A stretch of 64,000 nt of DNA from Lytechinus pictus. Lineage: Eukaryota. The stretch is from positions 9,178,001-9,242,000 of the forward strand of contig NC_087249.1 of assembly GCF_037042905.1 (NCBI RefSeq), given 5' to 3'. Made by a program: the position numbers and the translations under genes. Below are positions 39,797 through 50,390 of this stretch, one piece after another (within the stretch, counting starts at the first letter, position 1; the number at the start of each line of letters is the position of its first letter). Under the pieces are notes generated by a model. That model had not been told where the DNA came from, did not search any database, and was given only the letters and a program-made list of their open reading frames with translations.

Positions 39797-40318
39797 TCAA
39801 GTCCACCCCAGAAAAAAAGGAGACATGCATGACGTCATTGAAAATTTCATCATTTAATAAGAAAGTTATGACATTTTAAAGTTTTGCTTATTTTTCACTG
39901 AACAGTTATATGCACAACTCAGTGAAATGCAAATGAGAGTCGATGATGTCACTACTAACTCACTATTTCTTTTGTTTTCTATTTGAATTATATCATTTTT
40001 TACAGATTTGACAGTAAGAACCAGGGCTCTTGATGTTATTTCCACATATTGAGGAATAAAACTGAAAAAATTATAATTCATATAATAAAATACAAAAGAA
40101 ATAGTGAGTGGGCTATTTCTTTTTTTTCATTGTATTGTATTTCTTCATTAGCATACTGACTTGTACAGATAACTGTTTTTTTTTTTAATTAAGCAAAACT
40201 TTTTAAATGTCATTAACTTTTTTATCGTACATCCGATTGTGATGAAATTTTGGTGTTAATACAAGCTTGTATGATTTTTTTTAATTCAAATCAATTTTTG
40301 TTGGGGTGGACTTTCCCT
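39797..40318. mobile_element. Diverged copy of the 27267 Kolobok-like MITE family
   Basis: TCAAGTCCACCCCAGAAAA ... GGGGTGGACTTTCCCT|TTAA. Confidence 0.75.
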
Positions 40319-40362
40319 TTAATTATAGCAGAAGACTTCAACCAGCAAAGACCACAATAATA

Positions 40363-40770
40363 GGGTAAATTGCCAATTCATCCACTGCCAACTCGTCCAC
40401 TCACCACATGGTCTACCTTCATTTAGTCTAATGCCATTCCGACCATCAACATTTCGTCCAACAACCATTTGGTCCAATCATCACTTCGTCTAATCACCAT
40501 TTTGTCTATTACCATTTCGTCTAATAACCAGTTGGTCTAATACCCATTTTCTTTTCATTCATTTTGCACAATCAGCACTTTTGTTTAATTAGACCAAATG
40601 GTGTATGGACTAAATGGCTATTGGACCAACTGGATATTAGACGGAACGTCATTAGACTAAATAAATGAAAGTATACCATGTGGTGAGTAGACGAACTGAT
40701 GACAGACCAAATGGTAGTAGACAAGTTGGCAATTGGACAAATTGATATTAGACGAATTTGAAATAAACCA
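40363..40770 (+). mobile_element. Non-autonomous TIR element with short internal repeats, TSD ATAATA
   Basis: Ends GGGTAAATTGCCAATTC / GAATTTGAAATAAACCA; flanked by ATAATA on both sides; inverted copy at 19852-20252. Confidence 0.75.
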
Positions 40771-41003
40771 ATAATAGTATATATGGTGATAACACTGCAG
40801 CACATCTTCTCTTGCTTTCACCCACTCCCATAAGGGTTCATTAAACCTGACATAAATCTGCCAAGAAAAAAAAAAAAAAAAAAATTATATCTACTGGTAC
40901 TAAATAGGTGCCAACAAGAGGATTATTGATACTTCATTCAGTACAACCAACAGATGGCGTAGTTCAGAAAAGGCTAAAATGATTTATTGATGCTATACAT
41001 TGA

Positions 41004-41419
41004 CTGTTCTGATTCTGTATCTGTCCGTTGACGTCCAATCACCAGCATCTGGTTGTCGCGTACGTTTGGGTTTAGGGGTCAAGCGCTAAACACAGTTAAT
41101 TTTGGTAGTGTGCTTTTGAGACGAGGGTGTTTATGTCCAAACTTTCAAGTTTGAGTTTGAATACTCCTACGTCTTTAGAATTTCTGATATCCTCACCAAG
41201 AAGGTTCCATTCTGGGATGGTCTTGGGATACAGGGAGTGTCGGTAGCAGTCTTTATTTGATCTTATATTAACGTTGTATTTGAGAGTTACCTTTTGTCTG
41301 GTTCGATATCTACAACTGGTTGGGTTTTGAGATTGAAGGTGGGCTGATATGTTGGAGGGTACAAATCCATGTGTCTCTTTGTACAAGTGTGTCTCTTTGT
41401 ATGAAAATGTTGCTGCTCT
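41004..41419 (-). mobile_element. 5'-truncated LINE (CR1/L2-group-like) 3' end: ORF2 C-terminus plus tail
   Basis: ORF 41096-41422 contains YRHSLYPKTIPEWNLL..I..S..VGVFKLKL, typical of CR1-group ORF2 C-termini; short CAGATA/CAGAAT tail; flanked by CATTG(A). Confidence 0.75.
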
Positions 41420-41424
41420 CATTG

Positions 41425-42880
41425 TGTGGCTGCCTCACTTAACACGAGATGCTAAGTAAGGAGTTTCGGTCGAGTTCGAAGGGGGTTCGAAGAACAATGC
41501 ACTCCAAAAGAAACTTATTCCGAACAGAGAGAATTACCGATGACGATTCGATTTTAATTGCAAAACTCTCGTGTAACATCAAGTTAAGTAGATGTAGTAA
41601 GTAGTAAGTAGTAAGTAGTAAGTAGTAAGTAGTAAGTAGATAGAATACTGCGAGAAAAAGAGAACAAATAGAACGAACATTTAGTATTCCAATTCACAAA
41701 TGATATTACGAAAGAAAACAAATAATGCGACTTTATGCTATGACTAAATACTAGAAAAGGTATGCTAAATTACTATTCTAACAGCTACAAGTGAAACAAA
41801 TATGAATAAAGTAAACAAACTACATAAAACAACTGGATTATGTAACTAGCATTAAAAGGAGAAATAAGTTAATAAGTTAAGATAATAAGTTCATCAATTA
41901 CATAGGTACAGACTAATTAATGTAACTAAATGGAATTTCCTTATAATATGAATAACAAAACATTCAAGAAAGTATTACTAACAAATATGTCTCATAAACT
42001 AGTTAAAACAACACAGAAATTAATGAAGACATTAATAAACTCACTTAACAATTTGCGAATCAAAACATTTAAAGTGAAGATAAATATAGGTAATGTAGTT
42101 ATTAATCATAAAGATGATCTCGAAATAAAGCTACAACTTTGCAATAAGAAATATCCTAAACTGAGTTCTAAAAATGCATATAAGTTTACTATATTGCTAC
42201 TGCTTTAAAGAAATTAATATAGAGATATCTATAATAGTGAAGTATAAAACTATTCTTACCAATTGGAGGCTTTGAACTGTTGAAACTGAATCGAAGGTAT
42301 CGAAAGATCGAACTTAATACTTGAGGTGTCTAAAATACGATGTTAACTCGCTGGCTTTCCGAAATGTAATGACTTGGCTTTCTCAAAAAGCTAAAACCCA
42401 AGCCAAGCTCTACCAGTACAAGTTGAAACTATAGAAAAGGGGGCTGCACAAACTGAAAGGGGGTCATTGTTCTACAATTACTGTGGCCAAGTTTGTGTAC
42501 TAAAGGTCTGAAGGTCCAGACAATTGCTCCTCTGGGAATGAATAGAACCTTCACAGAGAACATAGTTCTCTTTAATCAGGGTGTCTCGATCTTATAACAC
42601 TGAAATATGTACAAGTATATATCTACTACATGCAAGCATATTGAATACTATATGAAAAGCTTTATGTACAAGAAAATATTATATATGCCTACTAGATATA
42701 TACCAATAAGACTAAATTCAATATCTAAACATGATCAAAATCAGTAGACTGAAAGCAAGTTAAAAGATATCATTATAGATAACCACTGAATTAATATTAT
42801 TTAAAGAATGAAAAACTGAATTAATCAAAAACATGTAAATATAAAATTATAAACCTTCACTGCATACTGCTGCAGTGACA
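41425..42880 (-). repeat. 3' LTR (1456 bp)
   Basis: Direct repeat of 48935-50390 at a constant offset of 7510; contains a (GTAAGTA)n tract. Confidence 0.95.
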
Positions 42881-42890
42881 TGGCTCCTTT
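42881..42890 (-). other. Polypurine tract (plus-strand primer)
   Basis: Minus-strand AAAGGAGCCA abuts the TGT of the 3' LTR. Confidence 0.7.
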
Positions 42891-43275
42891 AACTGCTTAA
42901 TTATAGGCAGTTACCAATCGAAAGCTAAACGAAAACAATTTTACATAAATTTCGAAGCAAATTATTCACCAATATCAAAAGAATAAAACAGCTGGCGCTT
43001 TTAAAACAAAAAGCAACGATACAATAGTTAAAATCGACTAACTTGAGCGAAAATACGAAATTAAATTAGGAGAGAAATAGAAAGGAGATAAAAGGTTAAA
43101 GTAGTTGAGAACAAGAAAAGTAGAAATACAGAAACAAAGAATCAAAACACTTGAATTTTGACAAGTCTACTCGAGCGAACTATCAAGAGAAGATTGGAAA
43201 AAGAAATGGCAAAGAGGAAGGACAAGAACAAAAGGTGGAAAACAAAGAGACAAAGAATTAAATTAAATTAAATGT

Positions 43276-46200
43276 TCATTGTGTTGTGTTGGCTCCTTGA
43301 TGGGGAATCCCTTGGTCTTCTGTGTCACTAGTTTCCGAGGTCTCTTCTGGAGACAAGAGAAGCACCAATTTGTGTACAGGTCTTTCCAGCATGGTGGGTT
43401 GTTTCTTACGCTTGCCCTGGCTATCTAACGATGAATCTGCCATGACGAGTTGGACCTTGCGCACAAGCCCATCGTTGCTAGGATACACTTTCGACACTCC
43501 TCCAAGGGGCCACTGAGCACGGTTATCATCTGCTTCTTTGGAGATGACGATATCGCCGACTTTAAGACTTTTCCTAGGACGAGCCCACTTCTTCCGAGTT
43601 TGCAGGTCGGTTAGATATTCTTTCTTCCACCTCGTCCAGAACTCGTTGGTAAGATGTTGGACTCTACGCCACCATTTTCTAGCATACATGTCTGCTTTCT
43701 GGAACTTGCCTGGCGGTGGGAGGACTACTTTGGCCTTCATAGTCAGGAGATGGTTAGGTGTCAATGGTTCTGGAGCATCAGACGAGCTCAGGTTCTGTGT
43801 TGTAAGAGGCCTTGAGTTGACGATTGACTCTGCTTCAGAAAGAAATGTTCTAAATGCCTCATCATCTAGTTGTTTTCCCGCAGACATCATAAGGGGTTCT
43901 ATAGCACGACGAACTGTCTGAATCTGGCGCTCCCATACTCCGCCCATGTGTGATGCATGAGGTGGATTCATTACGAAGGGAATCCAGTCAGTGTTATTTT
44001 CAACAAGATACTGCTGGATCTTGTCCTGGTCCATCTGTTTCAAGGCGTCTCGGAGCTCATTCCTAGCACCCACGAAAGCAGTTCCTCTGTCAGAGCGAAT
44101 TTGTCGAACAGGTCCACGGCGATTAACGAATCTTCGAAGACAGTTGATGAAGGAACTGGTGTCGAGGCTGTTGGCTGATTCCAGATGAACAGCTCTGGAT
44201 GCCATGCAGGTGAACAGTGCTACATATCGCTTCACTGTGCTTCGTTTCTCAGTGATCGAGAATGGCCCAAAGTAGTCGACAGCACAGTAAGAGAATGGAG
44301 GAGCCTGTTCCAGTCTGTCTTTCGGGAGGTCTGCCATCTTCTGCTTCTCCAGAGGTCCACGAAGTCGCTTGCAGGTTACACACTTGGTGATGATGGATGA
44401 GACAGCTGACGAACCACCTATCACCCAGTAACCAGCCTGACGAAGTTGATTGTGAGTCGATCCTCTGCCCATATGATTTACTTCTTCATGATGATGCCGA
44501 ATTAGAAGTGCTGTCAGATGAGCATCTCTGGGGACGATGACCGGGTGTTTCACATCATCTGGGATATTTGCCCTCTGAATTCGACCTCCGACTCTAATTA
44601 GACCTTTGCTATCTAGAAATGGGTCTAATCGATATAATGAGCTTGTTGGCTTAATGTCATCATTTCTCCGTTTCGCAATCTGTCGATTGTTGTCAGCTGA
44701 CACATCCAGGTTGGCGAGTACTTCTCGCTCGCGACCAAGGTGCCTTTTCTGGATTAAGCTGAGAATTTCCCACTCAGCTTCCTGGAGGTCAGCAACGCTC
44801 AGAGATATTCTGGGTATTGGTCTCTTCAAAGATGGCGATTTTTTGAGCTTGATCTCTCTCATCTTTAGACGCTGCTTGAGTCTCACGCACAAGGCTATTA
44901 CTCTCTTGGCTTGGTTCCAGCTAGAGAGATGCGATAACCGGCTGGTGTCGAAGGTGTTGTGAAGTTCAACTCTGGATGAGAGTGTTGTTGATTTCTTCAC
45001 TTCTGGGTCGGTTTCTTCCACTTTAATTCGAATGGGTTCAGGAGGATGAAATAGTCCTTTCTCATGCAGGAAGCCTGGACCTGCTTGCCAAGTGCTGCTC
45101 TCCAACAACTCTTTTGCCGTGAGTCCTCGAGAAGCATCATCTGCTGGATTGGTTGAAGTGTCTACGTAGTACCAAGACGCAGGGTCAGATACGTTGCGTA
45201 TTTGTTGCACTCGATTGGCTACATATACATGAAACCTTCTGGACTCGTTGCTGATGTACCCCAACACGATTTTGCTGTCAGTCCAGAAGTATTCACGAAT
45301 CTCATGATATGTCAGTTCTTTGCGAAGAAATGCACTCATCTTGGCCGAGATAACAGCAGCAGCTAATTCAAGTCTTGGGATGGTTTGGTGCTTGAGAGGG
45401 GTCACTCTAGACTTAGCGATGACAAGAGAACACGATACTTCACCCTCTTCATTCACAAGTCGAAGGTATGAGCACTGACCATATCCATTTTGACTGGCGT
45501 CAGAGAAATGGTGTAATTCAGCATGCTTGACTGAACCGAAGTTCTGGGGCTTGTAGCAGCGTGGAATCTTTAAGTTTTCCAGTTCGCTTATTTCCATTCT
45601 CCATTTCTCCCACTGTGGTCTGATGTCTTCTGGAATTGGGCTATCCCAGTCGATCTTGCTTCGGCATAAACTCTGCAAGATTTGCTTGCCACGTAGAGTC
45701 ACTGGACTAGCGAAGCCATTAGGGTCATATATAGAGCAGACAGTTGACAAGACACCTCTCCTGGTGAGGGGACGATCGTGGAGCTCTATGCGAAATTGGA
45801 GACTGTCGCTCTCAACACACCAGACTACACCAAGAGCACGCTCCAGAGGTAGAGGATCGACATCGAGGTTCAGTTCAGCTAGGCCCTTGGACATGTCGTC
45901 TGTTGCAAATTTTTGCAGAACTTCCTTCTTGTTCGACATGATTTTGTGAAGTCGAAGCCCTGCTTTTTCACAGATCCCTTGTGCTGACTTCAGGAGTGCA
46001 ACAGCTTCTTCCGATGTCGATACCGACTTCAGTCCATCATCTACGTAGAACTCCTTACGAATGTAGTTGGCAGCTTCACTCCCAAATTCCTCTTCGCCGT
46101 CATCTGCTGCCCTCTTGAGACCGAAGTTGGCACAGCCTGGTGAGCTTGTCGCTCCGAAGAGATGTACCTTCATCCGATATTCAACCACGTTGGAATTTGG

Positions 46201-48879
46201 ATTGCCGTCTTCCCACCAGAGAAAGCGAAGAAGATCTCGATGCTTCTCAGTAACGTAGAATTGGTGGAACATGCTTTTGATGTCGGCCATGAATGCGACA
46301 TCATCTTGCCTGAAGCGACATAGGACACCGAGAAGTCCATTAGTAAGGTCCGGGCCTTGAAGGAGATGGTCATTGAGGGAGATGCCATTACATTTTGCCG
46401 AGCAATCGAAAACGACACGAATCTTGCCCGGTTTTCGAGGATGGTACACTCCTGTGTGGGGAACATAGTTGACCATCCCTTCTACACTGTGAACTGGTGC
46501 CCTCTCTGCACAGGTCTTGATAACTTCATCCATGAAGGCTCGATAGTCGTTCAGGAACTGAGGATTTTTCTTGAAACGAGCTGTGAGCTGTCTCCATCGT
46601 TTTTCAGCTACTTGTCGGTTTGATGGAAGGCTTACATTATCTGTCTTTAGTGGAAGTGGCATTTCATAATGCCCATCCTGTCTCTTCACTATTCCCTCCT
46701 CAAGGAGATGAAGGAATCTATGGTCTTCAATGGACATTGGTTCTTTCGAGTTGTCATGTTTGAAGTCTGTTTCCAGAGCTTTAATCACCTTGTCTTCGAT
46801 GAGAAGTTCCTTGGCCTTGGTTGGGAATGCGAGGTTCTGGTACAATTCAGCAGCTATTTTGTGACAGCTAGCTGAACTTGATTCGATTGGATCCTTGCAG
46901 ATTCGTCCGACAACTCCCCAACCAAGTAGAGATTTCTGCCCATATGGTTCCGCTTCTCCTCCAGCGACGATTTCTCGAGGTCGAATCGCACTTGGACAGT
47001 CTGTTCCGATGAGAAGAGAAACTTCGACAGTCTGGTCATATGGCATCATCTCTTCTGCCACGCGGATGAGGTGAGGCCATCTTTCAGCGATCTGAGTCTT
47101 TGGGATTTGAGACCTCGTGGCAGGAATGTCATCCCTGGTAAAGGCAGCTGGTAGGCGAACGATGTTTTGCCTTTTGTGGTCTTGCAACTCCAAGTCCTGC
47201 ACCTTGAAAGTATCAATCATCGAAGTATCATGCAGCGTCGTCAGCTTGAGGCTGGTTTTTTGGCCTTGGAGGTTTAGCTTATTGTACAGTTTGCATGATA
47301 TAAAGCTAACATTGGATTGTTCGTCCAATATCGCGTACTCTAAGAATGATTTTGATGGGTTATTGACACTCCTCACCCACACAGGAACAATCATCGAGTG
47401 GTCTTTTCCTTGAATTTCTTGGAGACTGCAGACCGAGGTGCAATTTGCGGTTGCTTCTTCCTGCTTGACTGGCTGTTTCTGCCACGAGTGGAAGCAGGAT
47501 AGATGCCTTCCTTCGCAAACAGCACAAGAACGCCTGGCCTTGCACTGCTTGCTCCTGTGGTTGCTGTGCAGCCCGCATCCAAAGCACAACTTCTTCTCAA
47601 AGAAGAATGCCCGCCGCTCTTCGAGGGTGATATTTTTAAACTTGGAGCATTCTTCGATGAGATGATTATCTTGACAATATGGACAGGTCTTGTCCTTGGA
47701 CGGCTTGCCTGAAGGTTTGAAAGGTTTTCCTTCAGTTGCGAAAGTACGAGCGTGTTTTCCGCTTGGCTTCAGGTTGACTGGCTTTATCTGCTCCCGCACA
47801 GAAGCACTGAGCTCTGGGATATTGGCCTTGTCCGCCGCTCTCCTCACAAAATCAGCGAAGGCGATGAAAGGAGGGTATTCTTGTCTCCCATGTCTTTCCT
47901 TGTAGCGATCGATTTCATCCCTCCACTTGCTTTCGAGGTATGAGGGGAGCTTTTCGACGAGTTTTGAATTCTCTTGAGGAAAATCCAAAATCCCCAGGCT
48001 CTTTATTGACTTCTTTGCAGCAACGACCTTTGCCAAGCAGTCTGAGAAATCTTGAAGTCCGGTTGCGTCACGGCTGTTGATGCGTCCCCACGAATTTAGC
48101 TTAGAAGTAAAGGCTGAGCTTACAACCGTCGGGTCGCCGTACCGTCTGGAAAGAGTCTCCCGAGCTTGTTCATACGCATCCGGGGAGCCAATCAAAACAA
48201 AGTGCTGCACAATTTCTTTCGGCTTCCCAGCGACGCAGCTGTGAAGCAGATTCAATTTGGCTCCATCGTCGAGTGGTTTTATATGTACAGTTGAGTCGAA
48301 CGAGTTTTTCCACAGAGGGTAGCATAGTGGGTCACCAGAAAACAAAGGGATATCAACTTTTGGTAACTGGGCTTGAATCAACATATGTCGATTTAACACC
48401 CCTTGCTCGAGAGATGACCGTGCTAGTTTCTCAAGTGAGGAGACGATCTTGTGAATATCGTCAGGTGAATTACTCACGGTTGTGGACGACTGTCCCAATT
48501 CTAGGTGTGTAACGACTGGAGTTTCCTCCTCTCCCTGGCGATTAAGAAAACGTGAAATCCTTTCTGCTTCGTTTTCCTCTTTAATGTCTTTGAGATCGTG
48601 GTTGTCTTCGGGTCCATGAGAAAACTCAGACTCGGCGTTCTCCTCTAGAACAGCTTGTTCGGCTTGAAGACAAGCTAGCTTTCTTTGTGTCCTTAAATTT
48701 CGAAGTGTCAACTCCAGCTTAGCCTCTTCTTCATCGAATGCCGAACTTGCTTTAATGGCAGCTTCCTGGCGACGTAGAATAAGGTGATCACTCCTACTGC
48801 TTGCTCGAGAAGATCTACTTGCTCTGCTCCGCGCTGACTTATGACTGACAACACTCACAGCATCTGTTTGATTCTCCAT
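43276..48879 (-). CDS. BEL/Pao Gag-Pol polyprotein, 1867 aa (Gag, 3 zinc knuckles, aspartic protease, RT, RNase H, integrase)
   Basis: Gag motif IPLFSGDP; knuckles CPYC..H....C, CFGC....H....C and CAVC...H....H; protease YAILDEQS; RT KIRVVFD, ADIKSMFHQ, LFGATSSP and FYVDD; RNase H HHFSDAS..GYG and TIPRLEL; integrase HH-CC plus DYFG/SDRG/WER; C-terminal W.RW..EYL..L. PR-RT-RH-IN order with these motifs is diagnostic for BEL/Pao. Confidence 0.97.
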   Translation of the reverse strand: MENQTDAVSVVSHKSARSRASRSSRASSRSDHLILRRQEAAIKASSAFDEEEAKLELTLRNLRTQRKLACLQAEQAVLEENAESEFSHGPEDNHDLKDIKEENEAERISRFLNRQGEEETPVVTHLELGQSSTTVSNSPDDIHKIVSSLEKLARSSLEQGVLNRHMLIQAQLPKVDIPLFSGDPLCYPLWKNSFDSTVHIKPLDDGAKLNLLHSCVAGKPKEIVQHFVLIGSPDAYEQARETLSRRYGDPTVVSSAFTSKLNSWGRINSRDATGLQDFSDCLAKVVAAKKSIKSLGILDFPQENSKLVEKLPSYLESKWRDEIDRYKERHGRQEYPPFIAFADFVRRAADKANIPELSASVREQIKPVNLKPSGKHARTFATEGKPFKPSGKPSKDKTCPYCQDNHLIEECSKFKNITLEERRAFFFEKKLCFGCGLHSNHRSKQCKARRSCAVCEGRHLSCFHSWQKQPVKQEEATANCTSVCSLQEIQGKDHSMIVPVWVRSVNNPSKSFLEYAILDEQSNVSFISCKLYNKLNLQGQKTSLKLTTLHDTSMIDTFKVQDLELQDHKRQNIVRLPAAFTRDDIPATRSQIPKTQIAERWPHLIRVAEEMMPYDQTVEVSLLIGTDCPSAIRPREIVAGGEAEPYGQKSLLGWGVVGRICKDPIESSSASCHKIAAELYQNLAFPTKAKELLIEDKVIKALETDFKHDNSKEPMSIEDHRFLHLLEEGIVKRQDGHYEMPLPLKTDNVSLPSNRQVAEKRWRQLTARFKKNPQFLNDYRAFMDEVIKTCAERAPVHSVEGMVNYVPHTGVYHPRKPGKIRVVFDCSAKCNGISLNDHLLQGPDLTNGLLGVLCRFRQDDVAFMADIKSMFHQFYVTEKHRDLLRFLWWEDGNPNSNVVEYRMKVHLFGATSSPGCANFGLKRAADDGEEEFGSEAANYIRKEFYVDDGLKSVSTSEEAVALLKSAQGICEKAGLRLHKIMSNKKEVLQKFATDDMSKGLAELNLDVDPLPLERALGVVWCVESDSLQFRIELHDRPLTRRGVLSTVCSIYDPNGFASPVTLRGKQILQSLCRSKIDWDSPIPEDIRPQWEKWRMEISELENLKIPRCYKPQNFGSVKHAELHHFSDASQNGYGQCSYLRLVNEEGEVSCSLVIAKSRVTPLKHQTIPRLELAAAVISAKMSAFLRKELTYHEIREYFWTDSKIVLGYISNESRRFHVYVANRVQQIRNVSDPASWYYVDTSTNPADDASRGLTAKELLESSTWQAGPGFLHEKGLFHPPEPIRIKVEETDPEVKKSTTLSSRVELHNTFDTSRLSHLSSWNQAKRVIALCVRLKQRLKMREIKLKKSPSLKRPIPRISLSVADLQEAEWEILSLIQKRHLGREREVLANLDVSADNNRQIAKRRNDDIKPTSSLYRLDPFLDSKGLIRVGGRIQRANIPDDVKHPVIVPRDAHLTALLIRHHHEEVNHMGRGSTHNQLRQAGYWVIGGSSAVSSIITKCVTCKRLRGPLEKQKMADLPKDRLEQAPPFSYCAVDYFGPFSITEKRSTVKRYVALFTCMASRAVHLESANSLDTSSFINCLRRFVNRRGPVRQIRSDRGTAFVGARNELRDALKQMDQDKIQQYLVENNTDWIPFVMNPPHASHMGGVWERQIQTVRRAIEPLMMSAGKQLDDEAFRTFLSEAESIVNSRPLTTQNLSSSDAPEPLTPNHLLTMKAKVVLPPPGKFQKADMYARKWWRRVQHLTNEFWTRWKKEYLTDLQTRKKWARPRKSLKVGDIVISKEADDNRAQWPLGGVSKVYPSNDGLVRKVQLVMADSSLDSQGKRKKQPTMLERPVHKLVLLLSPEETSETSDTEDQGIPHQGANTTQ

Positions 48880-48934
48880 AGCGAAATCACGAAATCCAGT
48901 TTCATCGACGAATTTTCAGTCCCTTGTATTCTAT

Positions 48935-50390
48935 TGTGGCTGCCTCACTTAACACGAGATGCTAAGTAAGGAGTTTCGGTCGAGTTCGAAGGGGGTTCGA
49001 AGAACAATGCACTCCAAAAGAAACTTATTCCGAACAGAGAGAATTACCGATGACGATTCGATTTTAATTGCAAAACTCTCGTGTAACATCAAGTTAAGTA
49101 GATGTAGTAAGTAGTAAGTAGTAAGTAGTAAGTAGTAAGTAGTAAGTAGATAGAATACTGCGAGAAAAAGAGAACAAATAGAACGAACATTTAGTATTCC
49201 AATTCACAAATGATATTACGAAAGAAAACAAATAATGCGACTTTATGCTATGACTAAATACTAGAAAAGGTATGCTAAATTACTATTCTAACAGCTACAA
49301 GTGAAACAAATATGAATAAAGTAAACAAACTACATAAAACAACTGGATTATGTAACTAGCATTAAAAGGAGAAATAAGTTAATAAGTTAAGATAATAAGT
49401 TCATCAATTACATAGGTACAGACTAATTAATGTAACTAAATGGAATTTCCTTATAATATGAATAACAAAACATTCAAGAAAGTATTACTAACAAATATGT
49501 CTCATAAACTAGTTAAAACAACACAGAAATTAATGAAGACATTAATAAACTCACTTAACAATTTGCGAATCAAAACATTTAAAGTGAAGATAAATATAGG
49601 TAATGTAGTTATTAATCATAAAGATGATCTCGAAATAAAGCTACAACTTTGCAATAAGAAATATCCTAAACTGAGTTCTAAAAATGCATATAAGTTTACT
49701 ATATTGCTACTGCTTTAAAGAAATTAATATAGAGATATCTATAATAGTGAAGTATAAAACTATTCTTACCAATTGGAGGCTTTGAACTGTTGAAACTGAA
49801 TCGAAGGTATCGAAAGATCGAACTTAATACTTGAGGTGTCTAAAATACGATGTTAACTCGCTGGCTTTCCGAAATGTAATGACTTGGCTTTCTCAAAAAG
49901 CTAAAACCCAAGCCAAGCTCTACCAGTACAAGTTGAAACTATAGAAAAGGGGGCTGCACAAACTGAAAGGGGGTCATTGTTCTACAATTACTGTGGCCAA
50001 GTTTGTGTACTAAAGGTCTGAAGGTCCAGACAATTGCTCCTCTGGGAATGAATAGAACCTTCACAGAGAACATAGTTCTCTTTAATCAGGGTGTCTCGAT
50101 CTTATAACACTGAAATATGTACAAGTATATATCTACTACATGCAAGCATATTGAATACTATATGAAAAGCTTTATGTACAAGAAAATATTATATATGCCT
50201 ACTAGATATATACCAATAAGACTAAATTCAATATCTAAACATGATCAAAATCAGTAGACTGAAAGCAAGTTAAAAGATATCATTATAGATAACCACTGAA
50301 TTAATATTATTTAAAGAATGAAAAACTGAATTAATCAAAAACATGTAAATATAAAATTATAAACCTTCACTGCATACTGCTGCAGTGACA
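48935..50390 (-). repeat. 5' LTR (1456 bp)
   Basis: Minus strand starts TGTCACTGC and ends GCAGCCACA; ATTAAA polyadenylation-like signal at 49063-49068 (minus). Confidence 0.95.

Larger units (their letters stand above)
41425..50390 (-). mobile_element. Full-length BEL/Pao LTR retrotransposon (8966 bp)
   Basis: Two 1456-bp direct repeats with TG...CA ends; 5-bp TSD CATTG (41420-41424, 50391-50395); intact gag-pol ORF; purine-rich tract AAAGGAGCCA before the 3' LTR. Confidence 0.97.

Noticed and set aside
41930..42208. 92-aa ORF duplicated at 49440
   Set aside because: Antisense, low-complexity K/N/L-rich frame in the AT-rich part of the LTR.
42881..43275. Possible env-like ORF after pol
   Set aside because: Only ~395 bp, T-rich on the sense strand, and no ORF.
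43322..48512. Many short ORFs overlapping gag-pol
   Set aside because: Shadow frames of the long ORF.
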